From Penicillus capitatus (Eukaryota; Plantae; Chlorophyta), in contig OZ287697.1 in the NCBI GenBank assembly GCA_965649825.1, positions 1,226,351 through 1,290,350 on the forward strand: DNA of 64,000 bases, given 5' to 3'. Position 1 is the stretch's first letter. Each line of letters begins with the position of its first letter. Under the pieces are notes generated by a model that was not told the origin of the DNA, searched no databases, and saw only the letters and a program-made list of their open reading frames with translations. This document shows, one piece after another, positions 10,661 through 21,900 of the stretch. The translations under genes were made by a program, and so were the position numbers.

Positions 10661-13447
10661 ATCGCTTCCCTGCGTTTTACTCCGAGAAAAGAAAGGTCGG
10701 AGATGATCTCTGTGGGTTAGGAAAGGCTTCTTGGATTGTGAACTGAAAAGATAGTAGAGCTGAGGGGAGAATTGTTTGTGGATGATGTAAGGGCCCAGCC
10801 ACTGGGGGGCTAATTTGTTGCCGTGCGTGTGGGCATGTTGGTGGTCAAAAAGGAGGACAGAGGAGCCAACGGGCAGGATCGAGGAGCGATCCGGGTGGGC
10901 CTGTTGGCGTTGATGCTGATGCTGGATCTGTTGGTCGATGGCTGTCCAGCGAGTGGCGAGAACGTCATGATGTCTGGTAGGGTGCGGTGCCTCTGATTGC
11001 GGCGCGGTGTTGGATGTGGGGGGCTCCGGAATGGGATGTAGGCGCGGCTGATAGCCGAATGCGGTCTGTGCGGCACTGAGCTTGGTGATTGCATTCGGAT
11101 GTGCGTTCAGCAGGGCTTGGACTTGGGGCAGATGTCTGGCCCATTTGCCTTGTGTCGGAAGGCGCTGTAAACGACGGATGACTTCTTGGTTGAGGCGCTC
11201 GACGGTCCCGTTGCATTGCGGCCGGTATGCAGGGATGGTGCGGCGATGGATGCCGCGGGCGGTCATCCAGGCAGACAACTGGTTGCCGACAAAGGCTGGT
11301 GCGTTGTCGGTCTGGATGGTGGTGGGGTTGCCAAAGAGCGTAGTCCAGTGTTCAAGGAGTTTGATGATGCTCGCGGCGTTGGCCTGGGAGGAGGCGGAGA
11401 GCAGGCAAAAGCGAGTACAGAGATCGACGGCGGCGATAATAAAACGCTGTGAGCCGTCGGGCTTCATAGGTCCGATGACGTCGAGACCCACGCACTGGTT
11501 CATGTGTTGCCAGGTATTGAAGGAGGGGGCTACTGGCGGGTCATGTCTGGCGAAACGCTGGCATTGGGGACAGCTGCGTACCCACTGTTGCACCTGAGAG
11601 GTGGCCTGTGGGAAGTAGATCATCTGCTGAAGCTTCTGGGCGGTAGTCTGGGCGCCGTAGTGACCACTGCCTTCATGCGCCAGGGCGAGCCAGCGGGGAA
11701 TTTCTTGTGGATCAAGGCAACACGGTATCCAGCGGAAGCCGTCGGCAGAGTGTTCTAGGCGGTCATGGTGGAGGCGAAAAAATTGGGCGCGGTGTTTGAG
11801 GCGGGCGCGTTGCTGCGGCGTCATATCGTCAGGGCAGCGAGTGGTGCGCAAATAATTGTCCATCTGAGAGTACCAGTTCGGCCAAACGGGGGGTTGGGCA
11901 CTGGCGTGTCGTGCAGGAGCCACCACAGGGTTCGTCGTGAGTGTCTGACGCCACCAGGGGCTGCGACTGAGAAGATCTGCGATGACGTTCGCCACGCCAT
12001 CTACATGCTTCACTCGTCCTGCGGCTAAGTTGAGAGTGTCCAGATGTCGTTGGACTAGGAAGCTCTGGTCCTTGCCTCCACTGGCTTGCTTGACAACAGT
12101 GGCATCCGTGAAAATGGTGAGGCGTTTACCAATGATGGCGTGTCGGACTTCTCTGAGTGCCCGTTCTAGGCCGAGGAGCTCCGCCTTTCCACTGGAGCGG
12201 AATTTCTCTCGTTGAAATCCTCCTGCCCCGAGGCGGATAAGTTGCTTGGTCTTGGCATCAAAAAGGGCGTAGCCAAACCCGTCTCTACTGGCGTCGACGT
12301 ACAGATCGACCGAGTCCCCGATTGAATCCGGCCGATTGTACCAGATATGCCTGAAGGATTGGATGAGTGTTGTCCATCGACCGGGATCTTCCTTCCAGTA
12401 TCGCTGTATTTCTGCGGCCTCAGCGTTGGCAAGCTTCTGAAGATCCGCGAGACTCCTCACGTTGCTGCGACAATAGTTAAGCAGTGTGCGGAGCAGGCCA
12501 AGGAAAGATCGGATTTCGGTCTTTGTCTGTGGCGGTGTCGCTGCGAGCAGCCGCTGCACCGTTTCTCGGGGGGGCAGTACTCCTTTCTGCGTGAACCGGT
12601 GTCCCAGGAATTCTATCTCTTCCATCCCGTACTTGCATTTCTTCGGGGATGCTGTCCATCCGTGCTTCCTGTATACTGTCAGGAGTTCTGTCACTGCCTC
12701 CTCAAGATCCCTTTTTGTCCGTGCACCGACACAGACATCGTCAGCGTAGCTCTCAATTGTCGCTTGTATTCCTTTAGCCGTCAGCAGGTCCCGTGCTTCA
12801 GCAATGGTCACCTGTACCGCCTGGTCGAAAAACGCCATCGAGTTAACCCAGCCCATGGGGAGTCTTGTAAAGGCATAGGGTTGGCGGTCGAAAACAGTAA
12901 CAAAATACGGCTGGATATCTTCAGCGAGTGAGACTTGGTAGAATCCGTGCCTGAAGTCAAACTTCGCGAAGACTTGCATCCCAGCTAAGCCTTGCGTCGC
13001 TCCTTCTCGGTGCATGGGAAGTGCGGGTCTCCGCGTTGTCAGAGTGTTGAGTCCTCTGAAGTCGAGTACCACTCGTCTCTCGAGTGAGTCCTTCTTCGCG
13101 ACTGAGAACCACGGTATAACGTGCTTCGGCTTCCCGTGGAATCGCTTCACAATGCCGGCGTCTATGAGCTGGTCGATTTCCTTCCGGCAGGCCGCAGTTT
13201 CAGCAGCGAACGCGTATGGGACTCTTGTGGTCACCGAGTGCAGTTGTCCCTGTACGTCGTCCATGCCGACCCTCCATCCCCGAAAACGCCCAACTCCTTC
13301 ACGGATGACGTCCGGGAACTTGGTCAGCAGCTGTTCCAAGCTGCAGCAGTCATTTGTCTTGTTATGCGACAGCAGTCCTGACTGCAAGTCTACTGCCGCG
13401 TGGGAAAAGATCTTCTCGTGCTGCGAAGCTGATGTTGCTTCCCGTCA
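10589..13447 (-). CDS. pol: Pol (RT, RNase H, integrase) of inner element
   Basis: LDFRGLN, FDFRHGFYQ, LPMGW, YADD (12748-12737); LYVDAS...AELLGL...FTDA...ADLLSR; HEGSGH...CPQC, GLDVIGP, TDNAP, NGTVERLN, QWLGPY. The frame is open upstream to a TGA at about 13450, overlaps gag by about 58 nt in the -1 frame, and stops inside the 3' LTR. Confidence 0.96.
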
Positions 13448-15195
13448 CAATCGCGGACCGTGTAGTCCACTCCCGGTTGTGCTGGCACCTCAAAGATCGT
13501 GGTCTTCCCGGTTATGCGGATCGGTTCTTTGCGATGGTTCGTGAGTGTCAGCGTGGAGAAAGTCTCGTATTGCACTCCGAGATGGACTGAAAAATGCGGT
13601 GCAACGATGGGTGTCCTCTTGTGCGTCATCGATCTGGGGAGGACAAATGGCGTCTTGATCATCCTGCTCTCTGTCGGTCCAAGCACTATTGATCGGTTGA
13701 GCGGGATCTGGACTCTGTCCCCTTTGATCCCTGGCAGATGAGTCACCTTTTCCGTGATTCTGCCAATTTCTTCGTGGATTATTTCGTTGACTGCGTCTTT
13801 GTCGGCTTTGGGTCCCGCGAAGAGGCATCTGACGTGGCGTCCACGAATGCTGATCGAACGACTGTGCGGATGTGCCGAGATTTGATTCTCAGCCATCGCG
13901 TCGATCCCCAGCAAAAGATCGTATCCGGGTTTTGGGAGTACCAGGCAATTTAAGTGGAAACCCTGGTTGGTCGACTTTTCAACCGCAACGTCCACTCCAC
14001 ATCTGCCCGTGACCTTTGCCGTTTCGCCGTGAGCGAGAAGGAGGCGTGTTCCGTCTTGCTTGACCTCGAGTCCAAGTTCCTTCGCTAAGGCAAGGGACAT
14101 GATTGAGGACTCGGCCCCTGTGTCGACGAGCGCGTCTATCCTCCTCGGATATCCGAGATGGCTTTGTGCCACCAATCCCAGCTTCATGACCCTTCGGTTT
14201 TCCTTCTTTCCCGTCGCCTTGGCCATACACGCGAAAGAGGTGTCTTGTTCCATTATCTCCTCCTGTCCTTCGCTGAGCGTCTCGCACACATGTTCCCCAC
14301 TTCCTTCTGGCGTCGAGTTCTCTGCCACAAACGCACGACGGCCTCCCCATCTCCTTGGCTGCGTCGTGGGTCTCCGATTCCCTACCGACCCCTCTCCCCC
14401 GTTCAGGATCCTCTGAAGGAATCGCATCATGTTCTGGGCTTCGCGTCGCGAGGTCTTGCAGATCTCGCGTGCCCCCACCATAACTCTTCCGGCACTCGTG
14501 ATTGCCGCAAAGTTTATCGCGCCGTCTTGTCCTATGACGCGTCCGTCGGTTGCGGCGTTGGCCTGCACAACGCCCATGTCCACTTCCATTAAGTCCTCGT
14601 CAGCTTCTCCTCTCTGTGGCGTCGCACTCGACTCCCAGAAACTAGCGTTTCGAAGGACGGTGCTCATATCTGCCACGGTTGCCGTGGCTGGCAGAGGCAG
14701 CATCAGTTTCCGGAGGTTCGTCGGTAATCTTCGGTACAACGTCTTGACTTGCGTCTCCCTGGACGCTGTCGAGCCAACGCACGTCGCCATGTACCGGTCG
14801 ACGAATTCCAGCCATGTCTCCCCTTTGCCCTTTGTCATGCGTCCCAGCCTCTCTTCCGCTGATAGCGTCGATGCTGGACATGCGCCAAGCGTGAGCTCTT
14901 TCACGATTCGCCACTTGTCCGATGTCTGGACGTGTCCCAGGGGCGCACCGAAAAAGGCATGAACTGTCGCGGCTGCTCCCGCGAAAGCCGCATTAAAGGC
15001 GGCCAACCCACTGAAATGTGGCTCAACCCTCTCAAGGACTTGGCGTACGAGATCGAACGCTGGCGATCTAGGCTCGAGCCTCTGCACCAAGTACTTGACG
15101 CGGGGACGGTAGTCGTCCTCCACGAAGGCTGCGGCGTTGAGCAAGGACGCGAACTCGTCGCGGTCCATCTTGGAAATTCGCAGCTCCGAAACCAT
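13390..15195 (-). CDS. gag: Gag-protease(-dUTPase-like) ORF of inner element
   Basis: Retrotransposon-gag-like MTKGKGETWLEFVDRY segment; protease ALVDTGAES (14124-14116); C-terminal IPLNRSIVLGP...LTNHRKEPIRI domain; no zinc knuckle. Confidence 0.92.
   Translation of the reverse strand: MVSELRISKMDRDEFASLLNAAAFVEDDYRPRVKYLVQRLEPRSPAFDLVRQVLERVEPHFSGLAAFNAAFAGAAATVHAFFGAPLGHVQTSDKWRIVKELTLGACPASTLSAEERLGRMTKGKGETWLEFVDRYMATCVGSTASRETQVKTLYRRLPTNLRKLMLPLPATATVADMSTVLRNASFWESSATPQRGEADEDLMEVDMGVVQANAATDGRVIGQDGAINFAAITSAGRVMVGAREICKTSRREAQNMMRFLQRILNGGEGSVGNRRPTTQPRRWGGRRAFVAENSTPEGSGEHVCETLSEGQEEIMEQDTSFACMAKATGKKENRRVMKLGLVAQSHLGYPRRIDALVDTGAESSIMSLALAKELGLEVKQDGTRLLLAHGETAKVTGRCGVDVAVEKSTNQGFHLNCLVLPKPGYDLLLGIDAMAENQISAHPHSRSISIRGRHVRCLFAGPKADKDAVNEIIHEEIGRITEKVTHLPGIKGDRVQIPLNRSIVLGPTESRMIKTPFVLPRSMTHKRTPIVAPHFSVHLGVQYETFSTLTLTNHRKEPIRITGKTTIFEVPAQPGVDYTVRDCDGKQHQLRSTRRSFPTRQ
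15183..15194 (-). other. Primer-binding site TGGTTTCGGAGC (inner element)
   Basis: 2 nt inside the 5' LTR boundary at 15197; identical to the outer-element PBS. Confidence 0.85.
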
Positions 15196-15196
15196 T

Positions 15197-15377
15197 TGTG
15201 ATACGTGAAATCGAACGCAAGGGAAGAAAACAGAGTTTGTTACAAAGTCGAATCGTGTTTGTAAAACATCGTATTTATACTGCTCAGCATGACGTTATGA
15301 TGTCGTCATGCCTCTTGTAATGATGTGACCGGTGTTTCTTCCCTTCTGCTTCCCGCTTCATCGTCAGGTCCACGACA
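15197..15377 (-). repeat. 5' LTR of inner element
   Basis: Identical to 10480-10660; followed on the plus strand by the duplicated GTAG. Confidence 0.98.
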
Positions 15378-15381
15378 GTAG

Positions 15382-15971
15382 TAAGACATGGAGGGATAGA
15401 AGCTATATTTTCAGATCAAGGCCAAGCATTCTGTGGTCGTCGTTTGCGTGCCTTTTGCACCGATCGGCAGATCACACATTACTATTCCCCCACCTATACC
15501 GCCCATACCAATGGCCGAGTAGAGCGGCTGGTCGGGAACATCAAGACAAGAGTGAAGAAAATGGCAGCGAACCAGGAACTCCCGATCGATGGCAAACGCC
15601 TCGAAAACATAATCAATGATGCCGTTCATGGCGTGACCAAATTTACGCCTAACGAGCTCTTTTGGGGAGTGAGGCGCGGTGGAGAACGAATCGACGACGA
15701 GCGATTAAAGATATGGAGATCAAAGGCGATTCGAAATTGCAGAAAAGCGAGAGAAGCGACAACGAAGCGAAGTCGAAGGAGATTGGGAGCCGCGACATCG
15801 TCCCTAAGAACCGGAAGCCAAGTACTAGTGTACTACCCCGAAGCGGGAAGAGGAGCGGCATGGAGAGGCCCTTTCATGTTGGCAGAGAGAATTGGAAGAT
15901 GTCGATGGAATGTGCTAGGCCATGCGAGAAACCCGGTACATTCTAGTCGGATCAAGGAGTATCATGAATAA
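15382..15971 (+). CDS. pol: Pol of outer element, 3' part (integrase core and C-terminal domain)
   Basis: Removing the insert and one GTAG restores the frame ...WWNATVVRHGGIEAIFSDQGQAF...TNGRVERL...WRGPF, supplying the second Asp and the Glu of the DDE triad. Confidence 0.95.
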
Positions 15972-16033
15972 GGGACCGAAAGATGAACGAAGTGTGTTTT
16001 TCTCTTTATTTTCGAAGTGGCAGCCGAAGCGTA

Positions 16034-16190
16034 TGTGAAGCCTATTAGTCATGACGTATGTCACGTCACCTCGAATCTCGCGTATTAGTCGTCCCTCCTG
16101 ATCCGGAGGGTATATTAATGAAATGGAACAGACAGAGAGGACTCTCTTTAAAAGACAAGTTTGCCTTACACCGCCAAGCGTACCATGACA
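16034..16190 (+). repeat. 3' LTR of outer element
   Basis: 157 bp; differs from the 5' LTR at 3 positions (AT>GC dinucleotide, A>G). Confidence 0.97.
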
Positions 16191-18201
16191 CCTTCTACGG
16201 AACTCAACGTGACTGGATTTGCGAAGCCTGGAAACTATACCGTTCTCATCAATTTCGATGAAGACATTCTAAAAGAGGAAGAGATCAATGTCACTGTGCA
16301 GAGCTGCACGATTGGCGAAGCCTCTTTAAGAGATGGCACATTTTGCGAGCCCTGCAACGCCGCCACTTACAACTTTGACTTGAAGGAAGACTCCAAGTGT
16401 CAGCCATGCCCCGACAACGGGAACTGTACAACGAAAGTGATCGTTCCGAAACAAGGGTACTGGAACAGTTCGCCGTGCTCTCCGCACATCCAGAGATGTC
16501 TGACGACCCATGCATGTGATGGCGAAATCAGAACCACCACTCTCCAGGAGATATCAGAGAACATTTCCATCTGCAGCATGAATGAATGGAACCTGGAGAC
16601 GCGTGATTCCGGTTCATATAATATCTGCGAATACAGACAAGCTCAGTGCGTTCAAGTGGCGATCGACGTTAGAATTCCCCGGGTCTCTGATCGGAAGTGT
16701 CCTGCATTGTTAGGGCCATTCGGGACCGCTCTGCGGTTCATGCGACGCAGGTTACGGAAAGGCGCAGTTCGTCTCGTGCGAGGAGTGCTTCTCAGATGCC
16801 GTAAATGTACTCCTCGTGCTTTTGTCTGTTTTGGTCTTCTTAATTCTGGTAGCGATCACAATGAGAGCGAATCTGGGCTCCGCAAACCCCGATTCGTCGG
16901 CTCGTAAGATGATGGTCGAGGTCTTCAAGGCAAGCAATTCCCTTCATCGTTTTGCACGATACCAGATTTTTTGTCAGATTGCGGTGAACTATGCCCAAGT
17001 GACGGCCGTGGCCGTTTCGATCAACGTGTCTTGGGATCTGAATCTGATCCGACTTTTCGAAGCTGCCGGTAACGACACGAAACATCGATTATAATCTGAC
17101 GCATTTAGATGTCTGTGCATTCTTGTAGAGCTTGTCAGTGGCGTCGTCGCGGATGCCATCGAACGGGCTGTGCATTGTCTTCTTCCCGACGGCGCCATCG
17201 TGGAGCGATCCGTTTTTGGCATCTTGATGGACATGGCTGCCGTCAGCATCGTCATCCTCATCTCCATCGTATTCTGGTTCACTGTCACGCCGTCCAGTCC
17301 TCGAGACTGGACATACCTCGCGAAGAGAGCGTTCCTCAGTGTCGTCGTCGTTCTTCATCTGGGCTACATCTCACTGACAAGCACCTTCATCAACATCCTC
17401 AACTGCATCGAGGTCAATGAACTGACGGAGACCATGGAAACGGCCACAACACAATACTGGACAGCAGACACCAGCATTCGATGCCACGAGGGATCACACG
17501 CGATGCTGGAACGCGCCGTGGGATGGCCCGGTCTGATCTTGCTCTCTCTGGGATTTCCTCTCATCACCGCGTGCGTCATCTCTCTGGGCAAACGGACGCA
17601 CAGGAGCGAAGGATGGATACAAGACCTCTTCGGTTTCATGTATCAATCCTACAAGGACAGTCACTGCTACTGGGAATGTGTCGTCATCGGACGGAAGGCC
17701 GTCATTGCTGGCGTTGTCGTTCTTGCCTATCCATTGGGAGCCAGTCTCCAAGTCATGTTTGCTGCCTTCGTCTTCACCGTCGCCCTCTACCTGCAAACAG
17801 CCTGTCGACCGTTCAGAAACGATCTCGATCTGCTGAACAACCTGGAAAGCTACTCCCTGCTCATATCGCTTCTGACGTTCATATCCAGTCTCTGCTTCGA
17901 TACGGATCGTCTCTCGTCGAGCGCCTGCCTGTCCATCGCTGTGGTAATATTGGTACTCAATCTGTTGTTCTTCTTCTTCCTGTTAACAATTCTGCTGAGA
18001 TCCTTTGCGGACCATCTCAGAGATGTGCTTACGAATCAGAATGTTTCATTTGATGCCGAAGCAAGTCGACTGCGTGTGTTGGCAATCTATCTTGTGGTTC
18101 ATCTGCCAGAATCTTTACGCAATGCGATTCGCATGTGGGCCAGTCGTCTTGCTGCACTCTATCGCAAACTTGAAAATGAAAACTACGAAACGAGGCCTTG
18201 A
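16191..18201 (+). pseudogene. Receptor B1: 3' half only (stalk end, Cys-rich module, membrane domain)
   Basis: Begins mid-stalk (PSTELNVTGFAKPGNY) directly after the LTR. Introns 16656-16713, 16930-16977 (GC-AG) and 17069-17128; last exon 17129-18201 ends LENENYETRP. Confidence 0.9.
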
Positions 18202-18339
18202 GCCTTTGCAGCTTTTGCATTCTTCCTTGACATGTCTGAACCCTCTTACTTAATCACACTGTTTTCTCGGGTCACACAAAAGCAGTTCGTTCACTGAAAC
18301 AATGACCATTATCGTTTCTTGCCATTATGTGACGATGCC

Positions 18340-18830
18340 GGAATGGAAGGCCGTCCTCGCAGTCGTGGTCGTCTTTTCTTATGAAATGGGTTCAGCCTCC
18401 ATGCTGTTCTTACGTCATCCGTCCTAATCGCACCCCTTCATCACTTCCAGACAGAATTGTCCCTACCACGAGGAGTTTGATTCCATCAGTAATGTAGACA
18501 GCCTTTCCATTCTGCTTTCATTACTCTCTCTCGTCTGCGACATCCTCTTTGGGGATGATCACACACCACAAGAGATCCGTGTGCTAGTCATTGTTTTCCT
18601 GCTCTGTATAAGCATTAGCTTTCTGTCTTTTTTGGCCTGTCTTGTTCTCTTTGCAGTGGATCTGGAAACGGTGCGTCGGGGAAAGAATTCATTCTTCGCC
18701 GACACATGCACATTTCGCATTCTCTGCGTGTATTTTTAATGCTTCTGTATTGATGTGAAAGATGCTTTAGTGCGATGAATCCATCATGGCAGATCTCGTC
18801 GCTCTGTATACTCCGAAATTTGAAGTTGCT
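18340..18830 (+). pseudogene. Decayed fragment of the receptor membrane-domain C-terminal half
   Basis: Translates with shifts to KAVLAVVVVFSYEMG...PYHEEFDSISNVDSLSILLSLL, matching the RKALLAVVVVFSYDLG...PYREEFDCLNDVESLSIMLSLL segment. Confidence 0.8.
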
Positions 18831-18949
18831 CTATCCTGGCGTACATTTCTTGCTGTGTGTCAAAATGAAAAGGGCGATTGCTTAACTTCTCCCAGCTTTC
18901 CTTGCCAGAATGATTTCGGGTGTCAAAGATACAAATAACTGTCAACTGG

Positions 18950-21900
18950 ATACCTGTTTAAACGGAAACGTCTCATTGTTGTGTGACGTTGTCTCCGTTC
19001 GTCTCTCTGTGTGCTGCGATATCTATCTCCTAGACATGAAGCGTAAGAGACAAATGTCTCACACTGCGAGAGTGACGTCTCGTTTCCGATTCCGGAAGAT
19101 GCACAAAGCAGTATGTTCCTGATGCTTTGAGTCGTCTGCGTAGTTTCTCTGTTCAGGACAAAGTGAGCATCGCCTTCGTCTATCAATCATCACGTCCTCT
19201 GTGATTACTGCAGATGTTTGAGCGATGCGACGATATGAATGTCATTTCTGAAAATTTAAAATTGGGCAGAATGCGAGAACGACGACGACGTCACTAACGC
19301 GACATCGTCAAAGATCTCACTCAGGTGTAGAATTACCATGTGTCCAATAAATCCGATAAACAAACGCGAGGTGCTCTGGTCGAAACTACTCAACTGACTG
19401 TCTAGCTTTGGAGGAATCCAAGCCTCGATATGCGGCAATTGTACGCAAGAAACAGTTCCGCGCTGAAGAACGCGTTTGTTTGCATTAAGCGCGATATGGT
19501 CGTCGAGCATCGGAATAGGGAGACCAATGAAAGAAGGTCTGCTCGATGGGGCACAACACAAAAGAAATAGCTCTCTCCGAGAGTTCGAATCTTGCAATGC
19601 CCTTGTCCAACCCATCGTAAAGCATACCTCACATCTCCGACCTCTCGGACTCTGATTGCCGACGCTAAAGGTTCGAGTACTTTTTCGCAACGCAGCCGAG
19701 CACATCTTCGGAGTGCATGAGAGGTGCATCCTTCCTTCCCCAGACGCAAACAGACGCCATGACTTGATCAGACGCACTTCGATCTTGAACAAAACACCTT
19801 CAGACGAGGGGCCGAGTGATAGATTGAATAGAAGATGGCAGTGGATGGAGTCCCGAGCCGCGAGGGTTGCCGAGTCATGTGACGAAGGAGATATGGTTCC
19901 TTCAGAGCATCCGCATCCTGGCGTGCAGGGTGCTCGTCAAGAGCGCTCTTGGCTTCGCCGCATCGAACGCGCTGCAGTTGATTTTGTGAATGAAGCACCC
20001 CACTCAAACAAGTTCAGTATCAGGTAGGGTAGGGTCGGCCATGATGCAATCGTTTGAATGCCACAATCCGTACGAATGCTTTTTGAAGAACCGAGGCGCC
20101 GAAGATGGAGACATCGCCGGGCGAACATCCTATGCGATGTGTTCGGTCAGTGCCGAGATCTCGACGCCAGCGTCGGCGACGGATACGAGAACCATCTGCG
20201 CACTCGCAGACGAAAATCTACCTCCGCCAGCCTAGGTGGTCTGTGGAAGGAGTTAAAACTCGCAACGCACTGCTCTGTTTGTCAACGCACCGTAATTTCT
20301 GCAGCCAAGACCTTGACTTAACACAGGCGCGAGGTGCATGCAGATCTCACGACTGGCGTTGGCGTTTTGGCGAACAGCGTCGGCCGTCACCAATGAGTGC
20401 GAGTACTCTAGACGCAGTTGTTGCTGGCGGTCGTCGATAGCTTGTGCAAGTATGCTTGTCTCGCAGAGATAGACCACCCCATAGGCGGTGAGCAAATCCA
20501 AACGTGACAGCCATGTATCCAACGTCGTCTTCGCCAGCGTTGGAGGGCGAGGAGCAGCGCATACATCATCATGTGATCATCACTCTGCGATTGTCGTTCC
20601 AGCCAACAGGATCCTTCTGTCTCGAGGACTTGATCTCTATCTCTGTCGGATGGGCGTCTGCATCGAGGTTCATTATGCTTCTTCTGTGACGTGACGCCGA
20701 AAGGAGAAGTTCAGAGCTTCGCGATTTAAGCGCGTTATCGTTTCTGAGAACGGTTGATTCTCTTATTCCTGTGAACACCAGGCGGCGCAGCTGCTCTGAA
20801 CGCAAGATTCCAGCCAACCCGTCAGCTTCCAGATGCTTTCCAATTGTGCGACGGTGGTTGCACGGTTCGTCGAGAGACTCGGCATTGACCATCAAGGACA
20901 TGCCTAGCGGGATTTCTCCCTCAATTCACGTATGTGACAAACACAGCATCATGGCAACACTCGTGTATCCGCAGATGGAAAGTGTTGGGACAAAAATGGC
21001 AATAGAGGTGACAGCTGACGCAGAGCGAAGGACAGAGGGCGGTACAGCGCACTAACGGACGCCTACTCACATACCGTCGCGATAGTTGCATGTCGCGGAG
21101 GGACCATCCCTGACCTGTTGCACTGCGTATGGCTGAGACAGATGCTGTGGGTTTAGAGGACAGAGGCCGATGCCGTCGATGTCAAGTGGACATTCACCTC
21201 GGTCGCACTGTTTGAAGCTACCGGTGACGATCACGACAATGCTTGAGCTGAGTGCAGGGTGCGTTCAGTTCTCTCCAGCGTTCATCGATGGTGTCACCTC
21301 TGAAGCTGTCAATCGTTCTGTGTGTGGACTGCATTCGGGAGACTGCCCCCTCAGAACGTTCCATCGGAAGCATCGTCCGCGACGTTGTAACCAATTGGGT
21401 TATCTTTGCGTTTGTTGTGTCTTGGCTTATCATCAAGTCCCGACAAAAGATGACCTCGGTGCTTCTGCTGCAGGTGGTTTGAGTGTTTTTTTGGATTGGA
21501 TGCTTTTACATCTCTCTTTTGACAAGATCGAGAGAGCGTCTAGACAGTCTAGGGTTTATCAATGAATGGATCGAAAAGTGAATGTCCCGTTTGGGGCACC
21601 CATCCGAGTCACTGCCAAGGCGGGGCACTACCCCATCTTCTTCCTGTGCGGCGCCATTCTTCACCAATACATTCTACAAATTCCGACAATTCTTTCGGGT
21701 GCTGGAAAAGGCACGCGATGGAGAGAGGTTCCGGTATCTGTCTTTGTAGCTTCCTCCGGTCCGCTTGGAACCGTGGGCATTCCAGAAGTAAGTGGTCTCT
21801 ATCTTCCAATGCAGCCCCACACGGACAAGCCGGTGATTCTGCCAGAGCTCCGAATCTGAAGAGGTACTGGTTCGAGGGAAAATGGTTGGCTGCGAATTGC

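Larger units (their letters stand above)
10480..15377 (-). mobile_element. Inner (nested) Ty3/gypsy-type LTR retrotransposon, 4,898 bp, antisense to the outer element
   Basis: Identical 181-bp LTRs 10480-10660 and 15197-15377; 4-bp target-site duplication GTAG (10476-10479 / 15378-15381); PBS at 15194-15183; gag-PR and RT-RH-IN ORFs. Confidence 0.98.
6426..16190 (+). mobile_element. Outer Ty3/gypsy-type LTR retrotransposon (about 4.86 kb without the nested insert)
   Basis: 157-bp LTRs 6426-6582 and 16034-16190 (TG...CA, 3 mismatches); PBS at 6585-6596; domain order gag-PR / RT-RNaseH-IN; no matching target-site duplication. Confidence 0.97.

Noticed and set aside
11082-12931. Plus-strand ORFs of 171 and 194 aa opposite the inner pol
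   Set aside because: Antisense shadows of RT/integrase with no domain signatures.
19400-20300. Faint kinase-like words (LREFES..., RHDLIRRTSIL) in the spacer
   Set aside because: No GxGxxG, HRD or DFG motifs in frame; the region is better explained as part of the decayed receptor relic.
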